A DNA stretch of 64,000 bases from Octopus vulgaris (taxonomy: Eukaryota): contig OX597817.1 in assembly GCA_951406725.2 (NCBI GenBank), positions 52,886,001 to 52,950,000 of the forward strand, read 5' to 3'. The notes beneath the pieces are model-generated. The model was not told the DNA's origin, did not search any database, and saw nothing but the letters and a program-made list of their open reading frames with translations. The position numbers were made by a program, and so were the translations under genes. Numbering within the stretch: the first letter of the stretch is position 1; each line of letters starts with the position of its first letter. Shown here one piece after another: positions 24,149 through 36,044 of the stretch.

Positions 24149-24906
24149 GGGCTACTGCCTGTCTGTTAGGCCCAGCTTAGTTGACAATCCATTTGTCTGA
24201 CTCTCTCTGTTATTCACTTCTCTCTCTTTCTATCACTTCTCTCTCTCTCTCCTTCTCTCTCTGTCTATCTCTCTATCTAACTATCTATTTCTGTCAAGCT
24301 GATGTCTCACACACTTTCTCCTTTCCTCTCTTCCTCCCTTCCTCCTCACTCAACACCTCTCTCCCTTATTTTTACCTTATTCCCGTCTCTTTTCTCTCTC
24401 TTTCCCTCTTCTTCTCCCTCTCGCTTCCCTATTCCACATCAAATGGTATCCCAAGTATTTATCTTTTATAGCAGTTATTTCATAAGACTTCCACCACCCT
24501 CACCTTCCCACCATCTTACCCATTCCTGCCTCCTCCTCCTCCACCACCACCACCACGACCACCACTACGACCACCAACAGAACACAATGCCTGCTGCTGC
24601 TGCTGGCTTTAATAACAACACTGCACATATTTTCTCCTTGCACTTTTTATGCATACGCCCATGCTACCATCACTAACACCCCAACATCCATTTCCTCTAC
24701 CACCACCACCACCACCACAACCACCGCTGCCGCCGTCGCCGCCACCACCACCACTGCCGTCGTCAACAACAACGCCATCATTGCGAGCCAAAGAAGTGGC
24801 TTATATACGGTTGACTGATTTGCTGGAAATAACAGCCAGATATTTCCCAAATCCCAAAGCTTTGTAAGTGGATTTGGTAGACGGAAATTGAAAGAAGCCC
24901 ATCGTA

Positions 24907-24969
<63 letters not shown>

Positions 24970-26909
24970 ATATGTTTGTGTGTCTGTGTTTGTCCCCCCA
25001 ACATCGCTTGACAACCGATGGTGGTGCGTTTACGTCCCCGTAACTTAGCAGTTCGGCAAAAGAGACTGATAGAGTAAGTATTAGGCTTACGAAGAGTAAG
25101 TCCTGGGGGCGATTTGCTCGACCAAAGGCAGTGCTCCAGCATGGCCACAGTCAAATGACTGAAACAAGTAAAAGAGTAAGACATAATAGGGATGCAGTGA
25201 AATAACTCGGACAATCTGCATATCTCATAGTTGTATCCACAGTGATATTGCTGGGTATTACACTTCTGTCCATTGATACTTAACCCTTGACAGCTGAATT
25301 TCCTCTGCATAGCATTCCATCAGAAATCTAGTCTTCAGATGTGTAAAATGACAAAGCCATGAATTTCACCGAAATTTCAAGACTTGTCAGTTCCTCACAA
25401 CCTTGTTTAACTGGTCTAAGTGGTGATACACTGCATCATACAGGTAGTTCATGGTGCCACAGGTATGACTAAATTGTCTGGTGGAAGTAAGGTGGCAGGC
25501 AATCTATCCTTCACCAATAAAAAGTGTTTTAAATAAAAAGTCTTCTAAAGGCACATAGCTCAGTGGTCAGAGTGTCAGGCTCACAAATATGAGGTAGCGA
25601 GTTCGATTCCTGGACTGAGTTGTGTGTTGTATTCTTGAGCAAAACACTTTATTTCTCATTGCTCCAGTTCACTCAGCTGTGGAAATGAGTTCTGTGCCGG
25701 TGACACGTAAAAAGCACTATCTGAATGTGGCCAATGCCAGCGCTGCCTTGACTGGCTTCTGTGCCAGTGGCACGTAAAAAGCACCAACCGATTGTGGCCA
25801 ATGCCAGCCTCCCCTGGCACCTGTGCCGGTGGCACGTAAAAAGCACCCACTACACTCACGGTGTGGTTGGCGTTAGGAAGGGCTGTAGAAACACTGCCAG
25901 ATCAGACTGGAACCTGGTGCAGCCTCCTGGCTTCCCAGACCCCGGTCGAACTGTCCAACCCATGCTACCACGGAAAACAGAGGTTAAACGATAATGATGT
26001 TGGTGTCAAGCTGTATCAGTTTTTGCCTTTCCCTTGGATAACATTGATGGCATGGAGAGTAGAGGCTGTTATGCATGGGTGACTGCTGGTCTTCCATAAA
26101 AATAAACCTTGCCTGGACTTGTGCCTCAGAGAGTAGCTTTCTAAGTGCGATCCCATGGTTATTCATGACTGGAGGGGACCTTTATTCTTTTAAAGGCAAC
26201 CAAGGACTTGGTTGTAGTATTAAACCAAGCCTTAGAGCAACTCAAGCCTAATTGAATCTGTGGGGCTGTCGATCAACTGGACTGAATCTATTTTGAGCTA
26301 ATAAATATGATGCAATACCCACCCACTTTCAAAAATTCTTGATATCTTGACTTGTGATTTCAACCTACATCTGACACTTTCTTCTCCTCCCACCTCACAA
26401 GTCCTTGAGGTCCTGTAAAATGTTACAGTGACTCTCCTTAAACCTCTGACAAAGCCCCAAAAAATAAGAGTTGTGAAGGTGACATGAATAATGGTTAGAG
26501 CACTACATACATACACACACACACACGCGCATACGCATGCGCACACACATACACACATACATACATACATACATATATATTAATGTTCGTTTTTATGTTC
26601 AGCTACAATGGTTTCAAATTTTGGCACAAGGCCAGCAATTTCAGGGAAGCGAGTAAGTCTTACGTGAACCCCAACACTCAAATGTATTGACCCTGCAAGG
26701 ATGAAAAACAAAGTTGATCTCAGTGGAATTTGAAGTCAGAACATAAAAATGGAAGAAATGCCACTAAACATTTTGCCCAGCACAGTAAAAATTCTTCCAG
26801 TTTACTGACATAAAGTCAGCATATGTCGAAATTCCTCTCTGTTATATTGCTCTCATTCAGTTCTGTTCTGACTTGGTATTGAACTGAGTTTGGTGACTTT
26901 GCCTTGGTT

Positions 26910-27690
26910 ATCATCATCATCATCATCATCATCATCGTTTAGCGTCTGCGTTCAATGCTAGCATGGGTTGGACGATTTGACTGAGGTCTGGCAAACCAGA
27001 TGGCTGCACCAGGCTCCAATCTTGATCTGGCAGAGTATCTACAGTGGATGCCGTTCCTAATGCCAACCACTCCGAGAGGGTAGTGGGTGCTTTTTACGTG
27101 CCACCGACACAGGGGCCAGTCAGGCAGTACTGGCAATGACTTCACTCGAATCTTTTTACACATGCCGACGGCACAGGCGCCAGTAAGGCGATGCTGGTAA
27201 CGATCACGCTTGAATGGTGCGTTTTACGTGCCACCGGTATGGAAGCCAGTTAGCTGCTCTGGCAACGATCACGCTCGGATGGTGCTCTTGGCCCCCTACT
27301 AGCACCAGGCTCAAGTGCCAGTAAGGCGATGCTGGTAACGATCATGCTCGTATGGTGCCTTTTACGTGCCACCGGTATGGAAGCCAGTTAGCTGCTCTGG
27401 CAACAATGACGCTTGGATGGTTCTCTTAGCACCCTACTAGCACGAGGCTCAAGTACCAGTAAGGCGATGCTGGTAACGATCACACTCGAATGGTGCCTCT
27501 TATGTGCCACTGGCATGGAAGCCGGTTAGCCACTCTGTCAATGATCACACTTGTATGGTGCTCTTTGCACCCTGCTAGCACGGATGCCAGGTGGTACTGG
27601 CAGCGGCCACGCTCAAATGGTGCTTTTTATGTGTCACCTGCAGATGAGCTAGTCGAGCGGCACTGGCAACGACCTCGCTCGAATATTTAG
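26910..27690 (-). mobile_element. RTE 3' UTR copy with a higher-order (~139-bp period) array
   Basis: (CAT)n tail and conserved tail block, then a module set repeated from about 27178, 27317 and 27456. The same module order occurs at 60835-61250. Confidence 0.85.
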
Positions 27691-27879
27691 TAAATGTATT
27701 TGTATTTTGTTAATTTGTACAAATAATAGTTCTTCTAATTTGCATACTGCTTTGTTTTGCATGTGGATTTTTGGCTTCTGCTTTAATCAGCATGTATTTT
27801 TGAGTGTATTGCTCACATGTTCACGCCATTATTTGCTGGATTGCCTTTCACGTGGATAAGTCTGTATTAAAACAGCAAC

Positions 27880-28505
27880 TTCATTTAAAAAAATTAATAG
27901 AGTCTACAGACAAAATTTTTATGAAAGGCTGTTTTAAACTGATGACCATCTTGAGCCACTGCTGTTGATAATTCGAAGAAATGGAATTGCATGCAACAAG
28001 AGACATCTCATTTGGTATTTGTGCACATTCTTGTTCCATGGTGGCCTTCAATTCATTGACTGTCATCAGTTTCACACAACAAGGTTTATCTTCTAAGTAT
28101 CCCCATAAAAGAAAGTCTAGTGATGTGATGTCTGCTGAACACAGAGTGCATTTTAATGAACCTCTTCATCTTGTCCGCTTGTTTGGCAAAATCTCATCGA
28201 AGTAGGCCCTTACATTTCTATGTTTGTATGAGGGTGCCCTATGTTGCTGGAAATAAAATTCCACATCTTCAAAGTCCTCTTCTATGCTTGACATGACAAA
28301 TGGTCGCAGTAAGTTCGAGTAAATAGGATCATTCATATCATTGTCAAAAAAAAGATGGTCCAACTTATTCTTTTGATGATAAGCCACACCATACTGTAAC
28401 GACACCCAGTAAATTAACAAGACGCTCCTCCTTGATATACAGATTCTCAGGTGCCTCAGTTGGTGCAATTGTGACGCTTAATTGAGCAATTTAATTTAAA
28501 TGTAG
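27880..28505 (-). pseudogene. Tc1/mariner-superfamily transposase remnant
   Basis: FYFQQHRAPSYKHRNVRAYFDEILPNKR is a decayed FQQDGAPPH motif. It is followed by a DITSLDFLLWGYLEDK-like segment and KLMTVNELKATMEQECAQIPNEM. Confidence 0.8.
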
Positions 28506-29406
28506 CCAGGGATGGCTCAGAGTATCGGCAACTCAAGCAGTCTTCCAGGGCACCAAGGAGGGTGTGACAAAGACCAGGAAATTTCCACAACCATAATCTT
28601 GTACACGTCGAAGTTCAGCTTGCCTGGGGTGCCAGCAACCTTAGGGCTGGCCCTGAATGTAGCCTCATCACTTCAAACAATCTTTGCTGGAAAGTGTGTA
28701 TCTTAAACACACCTTGCCAAATGCCTCTTGTGAAACTTCATGCTTTAGCCTGGATCACCTTCAGTGAAAGCATGGGTTATTCCAAGAATAGTCCAATTAG
28801 CAACAACAGGATTTTGGGTTCAATCTCACAGCATGCCAACTCAGGCAAATGTCTTCTACTATAGCCCCAAGCTGTCCAATACCTTGTGAACAACTCCTGA
28901 TTGGCTATACCATTACCACCCAACTGGCCCTTGTGCCAGTGGCACATAAAAAGCACCATCCAAATATGGCCAATGTCAGTACCCCTAACTGGCTCCTGGT
29001 GGCATGTGAAAAGTACTGTCTGAACGTGATCGATTTCAGGCCCGCCTGACTGACTCCCATGCCAGTGGCACATAAAAAGCACCATCCAAGCATGGCCAAT
29101 GCCTGTATCCCCCTGACTGGCTCCTGTGCCGGTGGCACGTAAAAAGCACTATCCAAATGTGATTGATGGCAGGCACACCTGACTGGTGCCTGTACTGATG
29201 GCACATAAAGAGCACCCACTACACTCTCAGAGTGGTTGACGTTAGGAAGGGCATCCAGCTGTAGAAACATTGCCAGATCAGATTGGAACATGGTGCAGCC
29301 ACTGGCTTTCCAGACCTCAGTCAAACCGTCCAACCCATGCCAGCATGGAAAGTGGATGTTAAATGATATTGATGATGATGAAACTATGTGGAAACCCATT
29401 GTATAT

Positions 29407-29451
<45 letters not shown>

Positions 29452-30063
29452 TGCGCGCGTGCGCATGTGCCTATGTGTGTGTATTTGTCCCCACCAAACT
29501 GTTCGACAACCTATGTTGGTTTGTTTACATCCCTGTAACTTAGGAGTTCGTAAAAGAGACAGATAGAATAAGTACTAAACTTAAAAAATAAGTTCTGGGG
29601 TCAATTTGTTCAACTAAACTCTTTGAGATGGTACCTCAGTATGGTCACATTCCAATGACTAAAACAAGTGACAGACATATATGTATGTATGTATGTACAC
29701 ACACATATATATATATATGCTTGTGTGTGTGTGTGTGTATAGAAAACAGTTTTTCATTTAGATATGTGTTGAGTATAAGTCATATTTTCATATGAGTTCC
29801 TTGTAATTTGTTAAAGACAACCAGATTTCCTACATCTATTTCCAATGTTTCTAGACCTTCACGTTCTCATCTTTTGGATGAAGTGATGTTGGTGTTTGGT
29901 ATTGTCTCTCTCCCATCCTCCTTCTCTCTCTCTCTAGAGAGAGAGAGAGAGATTGATAGAAAGACAAATAGACTCATAGACAGACAGATGGCTAGGCAGG
30001 CAGGTAAACAGTTAGATAGATAGATAGACAGATCGCTAGATCGATAGATAGAGATAGATCGAT

Positions 30064-30099
<36 letters not shown>

Positions 30100-30434
30100 T
30101 GTCGCCTAACTGGCACTTGTGCCGGTGGCACGTGAAAAACCATTCGAACAAGGTCGTTGCCAGTGCCGCTGGACTGGCTCCTGTGCTGGTGGCACATAAA
30201 AAACACAATTTGAGTGTGGCTGTTGTCAATACCACCTGACTGGTCCTCGTGCCTGTGACATGTGAAAGTACGCACTACACTCTTGGAGTGGTTGGCGTTA
30301 GGAAGGGCATCCAGCTGTAGAAACTTTGTCAGATCAGATTGGAGCCTGGTGCAGCCATCTGGTTCGCCAGTCCTCAGTCAAATCGTCCAACCCATGCTAG
30401 CATGAAAAGTGGACGTTAAACGATGATGATGATG

Positions 30435-30481
<47 letters not shown>

Positions 30482-30598
30482 ATAATGCCCTCTATACAAT
30501 ATAGATATATATATATATAGACAGACAGATAGATAGATAGGTAGAGATAGATCAATCAATAAATTGATAGATAAATGGAGAGACAGATATAGATAGAC

Positions 30599-30658
<60 letters not shown>

Positions 30659-31278
30659 GTTGCATCATTTACACTACCACCAATAATTATTAGAGGGATG
30701 TTCTGCTAGTTTATGGATTCAGGTCCTGGAGAGCCTGAAAGGGGATCGGTCGATACATACTGGAACCCACCCTAAAAATGAAAGCTCCACACCCTGAAAT
30801 TTTGAGACTCCCCAAAAGCTCCACACCCTCAAATTTTGAGACTCCCCACTCATCATAATCCGGAAAGTTATTCCACCTGCCAAATTTTCCCCAAAGTCCA
30901 CGAGCTCAGTAAGTTACAAGTTTCTCAACTTAACATAATGGAAGTCTTTCCCATAAATATTAAAAGTTATCACTGAGAAATGGAAATTTCGTATTTATCA
31001 AAAGGAAATTTCATTTACTAGTTGTGCTACTACTACTACAAACACATCACCACCACCATTACTATTACCACTACTAGTACAATCACGACTTTATTAGTCC
31101 AATCGTTATTACCACCACAGTACATTAGCGTTCCTTCCACCACCTCCACTATTATTAGAACCACCCCCACTATCATTAGAATCACTACCACTACGACTAG
31201 AACCACCACCACCACTAACAACAACGCTAGTATACCGCCACCGCTATCATTTACTCCGACTCTGTTGCCGGTATGAAC

Positions 31279-31462
31279 GTCACATGACGTATACAAACCG
31301 GTCATATGACGTCAACACCAACACATTCTTTGTGCGTGCGTGTGTGTGTGTGTGCCTTTTTCTCTCTCTGCCTTTCTATTTACCAGTCTCTCTCTCTCCC
31401 TCTTTTTCACTTAATCTGAGCTCCGTCTCCACCACCATCGTTACTCTTTGAAGTCACATGAC
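31279..31462. promoter_or_regulatory. Candidate promoter motif cluster (M-box/CLEAR-like E-boxes plus CRE)
   Basis: GTCACATGAC at 31279-31288 and 31453-31462. The palindrome GTCATATGAC (31301-31310) overlaps TGACGTCA (31307-31314). The region is locally CpG-retaining, free of interspersed repeats, and 170-350 bp upstream of an ATG. Confidence 0.55.
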
Positions 31463-31629
31463 TTCTAGTCTCTAACAGTTTGCGAGAAAGTAAGAGGGGG
31501 AAAGTCAGCGCGCGCGCGTACGTGTGTGTGTGTCAGTTGCTAACAGTAGTGTGGATAAGCGTATAAACGCGTATGCGTTAGTGTGTGTAAAAGCTTTTTC
31601 TCATTTCCACCACATCATCGCATAACAAC

Positions 31630-31800
31630 ATGTCAGCCGTCGATCTGAGTAGACTGAGGCCGAGTGAATCTTCACTTCAAACCGATCAAAATGGCAATGG
31701 TAACACTACCAACGATATGGAGGATATATACGATGAAGATGTGTCTGAATTAGAGGTTGGTAAGAAAGATTGGTCCCAGATGAACTGGAAACTATCTCAG
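31630..31800 (+). CDS. Probable first coding exon of an unidentified host gene (57 codons, phase-0 intron follows)
   Basis: AACATG start context. The non-repetitive acidic peptide is MSAVDLSRLRPSESSLQTDQNGNGNTTNDMEDIYDEDVSELEVGKKDWSQMNWKLSQ and ends at a consensus donor CAG|GTAAGA. The product is not recognised. Confidence 0.7.
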
Positions 31801-32062
31801 GTAAGAACATAGGTCGCCAGAAAGAAAGTATTTGTTTTATTAATTAGCCGGCATGTCTCTCTTTATTACTTGTTTTATTATTTATCTGTATAGCTACAGT
31901 ATATTTCTCTCAACCTATAGTGTCCTAACTTTCTGTCTATTTGTGTCATTTTCTTTATTTATTCCACTAATATATATATATATTGCCCTTCCATCGATCT
32001 CTAGGATCCCAACTTTCTCTGAGGAACTCCGTCGTTTCTATTCATATGTTCGTCTAATATGT

Positions 32063-32349
32063 AGTACACACTTGAGAACAGCGTTCCCGGTGCGCGCACT
32101 CGCGTAGTCGCGACTAGTCGATCCTACAACTACCCTAGCAAAGTAAATAAAACACAAAAATAATTTTTTTACACAAAGTAAGTAATTTTTGTTAAACAAA
32201 GTAAATAAAACACAAAACACAAAGATAATTTTTTAAACGAAGTAAATAACACAAAAACACAAAGTAAGGATCGACTAGTCATGACTAGCTAGCGCGGATG
32301 CGCGAGTACGCGAGTGCGCGCACCGGGACCACTGTTCTCAAGTAGTACC
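32063..32349. mobile_element. Second copy of the 9-bp-TSD MITE, in opposite orientation to 1578-1810
   Basis: TIRs AGTACACACTTGAGAACAGCG / CCACTGTTCTCAAGTAGTACC, with TSD CTAATATGT at 32054-32062 and 32350-32358. Confidence 0.85.
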
Positions 32350-32734
32350 CTAATATGTTTAGTATTCGTGTTGATAGATTTCTCTATTGAGTCCTAACTT
32401 TCCGTCTGTGTTTTCCTACCTTCTTGTTTGTCTCTGTATAGAATATTTCTGTCGATCTGTTTGTTTGTCCATATGTATCTTTTTATTTCTATGTTTGTTT
32501 CCATGTAGACTGTATCGATCTGTTTATCTATCCATGGTGTTTATTTATAACTTTCTATTATGAAGTATATCAACGTATTTCTTAGAAGATTAGCTAGGTG
32601 TCTGACCGTCTCTGTAACACATGTATCACACACTTACACACACACATACTAACCTGTGTGTATGTATGTGTGTGTGTGTGTCTTGTCTGCCCCCCTCTCT
32701 CTCCCTCGAACTTACACACTCACACAAGTCTGTG

Positions 32735-32782
<48 letters not shown>

Positions 32783-34439
32783 AGTGTGTGTTGTCTTGCC
32801 TCCCCGTCTCTCTCAAATACACTAGTCTGTGTATACGTGTGTGTATATATGTGACTGTGCGTGTTATTTGCCTCTCTCTCTCTCTCTATGTCTATGTTTA
32901 TCTGTCTCTCTATGTTTCTGTCTCTCTCTCACACACACATTGTGTCTTTACATACCAGTCTGCCTGCCTGCCTGTCTGTCTCTATGTGTCATACAACCTC
33001 ACCTTCCTGGTCCCTCCTTTGTTATGTTCACATGATGACGTCACCGACGTATCAAGCCAGTTGTCACAGTACACGCACACACACACACACACATCTACAC
33101 AGACACACACACACGCAGTCTTATGTTACCACGCACACTTGCATTCTCTCCTAATTTCATATTTAACCAAAGGCAATTTTCGTCGGACACAATGTGATCA
33201 CTCACTCTTTCCTCTTCCTCCCCCTCTCTTTATGTTAGCAAGTGTACATACATACACAAATACAAACACAGACACACACACACACACACACACACATTCA
33301 CTCATAGCAGCTGGTTTTTGTTTAGTACCAAATCAACGCTGACCGAATCCGCGTATAATCGAAATGTCTTCTAGTCGTGACCATCCTGTCTGTTTACAAG
33401 TACCTAGGACTACATTACCTAACGTGTCATTCCCTTCTTAAGATGGTAGTGTGTGATTTGTCTGCTATTTTTAGCAGATCGAGCAAGAATGTAATGAATC
33501 CTTAATTCCTCGTGTCACAGCTGGTGGTTTTCATTTAACCCCAGGCCAGATCTGATCAGGCAGATGTATGAAAGTGCTATCGTTTTCAGACAACGTACAC
33601 AGGACTATTTTATCGAATGTGTTCTTCCTTTATGAAGTGGTCTGAGAGAAATTTGGCTGTTATTTTTAGCAAGTCAAGCGATCACAAAGCTAAAGTGTAT
33701 GTTGCTGGCCTGGAAATTCAAGGTTCACGTTTAGTTACTATCATGGCCTGATGTGTTCATAGACGAGATTCTTAACCCTACACTGTACAAAGTAATAACC
33801 GAAGAAAAGTATTGTTGGTTTTAGAAAAAGCAATGGGAGCACTATTTATGGAAGGATGTTTTGTTGAGAGACACTATTGTGTTCCAATCCTGTTTTTGGT
33901 TATAACTTCTGTAGTGAAAGATTTTCTTGGGATGAATTACTTTTGAGATGGACTACACGAAAAGGAAAATTTCATTTGGGACCCAACCACCCTATAGATA
34001 CTACTAGTCACTACATCACTCTTCTCCCTATACATACATACATACATACATATGTATATATATCATTGTGAGTGTTTATTGAGCGAAAACACCTAAAGCT
34101 CCACGAGGCTCCAGCAGAGGGTGGTGGTGAACCCTGCTGTACTCTTTCATCACAATTTTCTCTCGCTCTTTCTTCCTGTTTCTGTTGTATTTGTATTTAA
34201 GGGTACAAGTGTCTGTGGAGTGCTCAGCCACTTGCACGTTAATAAATGAGCTGCGATGTCACTGGTGCCAAGCTGTATCAGCCTTTGCCTTTCCCTTGGA
34301 TAACATCGGTGGCGTGGAGAGGGAAGGCTGGTATGCATGGGTGACTGCTGGTCTTCCATAAACAACCTTGCCCGGACTTGTGCCTCAGAGAGTAACTTTC
34401 TAGGTGCAATCTCATGGTCAGTCATGGCCAAAGGGAGTC

Positions 34440-34506
<67 letters not shown>

Positions 34507-36013
34507 CACACATATATATATATATACATATACACATATACATACACATATATATAAAGGCACCTGTGTCAGTGACAGGGGAAAGGTACCCAGTACATTC
34601 TGTAAAGTGGTTGGTATTAGGAAGGGCATCCAACTGTAAAATCCATGCCAGAGTAGACAATTGGCGCCTGATACAGCTCTCAGGATGGCCAGCTCCTGTT
34701 AAACTGTCCAACCTATGCCCATATGGAAAATGGACCTTAAATGATGATGGTGATGCTCAATTTCGTACTTTAAGCTTATCAGTTGTCAATTTTACAAGGG
34801 TTCTGTTACTTATAGTTGGTAAATGTATCTCTACCATGTGATACCTATTCATAGCAGGGTAGACTGGGAAGGTTTACCAAGGTCATAGGTCAGTGTCACT
34901 CCCTCTTCTTGTGACTAAATAATGGTTTCACTTAAGCACAAGTACACAAACATTTGCTGGTGGGGTGGATTTGATAAAATCAACCCAGATACTTAGCTGT
35001 TACTTATTTTAGCTGCTAGAATATGAACTTTTGACCAGGTCATCTGAAACACTGAACTTAAATGCCTGAACTGTCCATATTTAACTATATCTAATTATAA
35101 ACAAGGCGGCCAGCATCGCCTTGACTGGCTTCTGTGCCGGTGGCACATGACCTGCTGTGCTTGAGGAGACCTATTGAGTCAAGTACATCAACATCAAAAT
35201 AAATACCAAATGGAAATTGGAGTTGTGATACCTGTGCCGGTGGCACGTAAAAAGTACCATCCGAACGTGGCCGATGCCAGTGCTGCCTCGACTGGCTTCT
35301 GCGCCGGTAGCATGTAAAAAGCACCAACCGATCGTGGCTGCTGCCAGCCTCCCCTGGCATCTGTGCCGGTGGCATGTAAAAAGCACCCACTACACTCACG
35401 GAGTGGTTGGCGTGAGGAAGGTCATCCAGCTGTAGAAACACTGCCAGATCAGACTGGGGCCTGGTGCAGCCTCCTGGCTTCCCAGACGTCGGTCAAACTG
35501 TCCAATCCGTGCTAGCACGGAAAACGGACGTTAAACGATGATGATGATGATGAAGTATGTGGAGGCACAGTTCACTATTGTACACAGTATGATCGACTGA
35601 CCTTAACTATAAAAAAATAATATTAAAATTATGTTGCCTGAATCATAAGAAACGAAGGCCTTACACATACACACACTGAAATATTGAGCATGTCTGCACA
35701 CATACACCTACCAATTCTTTTACACACATACAACCAGCCACACCCATCTAAATGGGTGGAGGTGACAAGAATTTTGAAACTGATGAAATAACTATGTAAC
35801 ACACTTCCTTGATGTCTGAAATGACTCAGTCCTTACCCTTATTATACCTATATCCATCCCTTGATGTCTGTCTGCATAACTAACCCACACCCCTTTTACA
35901 CCCAGTGACATTATCCTCCTTATGTATGCACCCCATCAATGTTACTCTAGGGCATCAACCCATACCTACATGTCTATCAATCTGTCTTTTGTTTGCCTGT
36001 CTGTATCTATCTA

Positions 36014-36044
<31 letters not shown>

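Noticed and set aside
24540-24867. Proline- or histidine-rich exon
   Set aside because: It is a (CCA/CCG)n trinucleotide mosaic without convincing splice sites or non-repetitive coding sequence.
25190-25480. Host exon or intact ORF on the minus strand
   Set aside because: It contains stops and frameshifts. At most it is a very old LINE RT remnant, too decayed to call.
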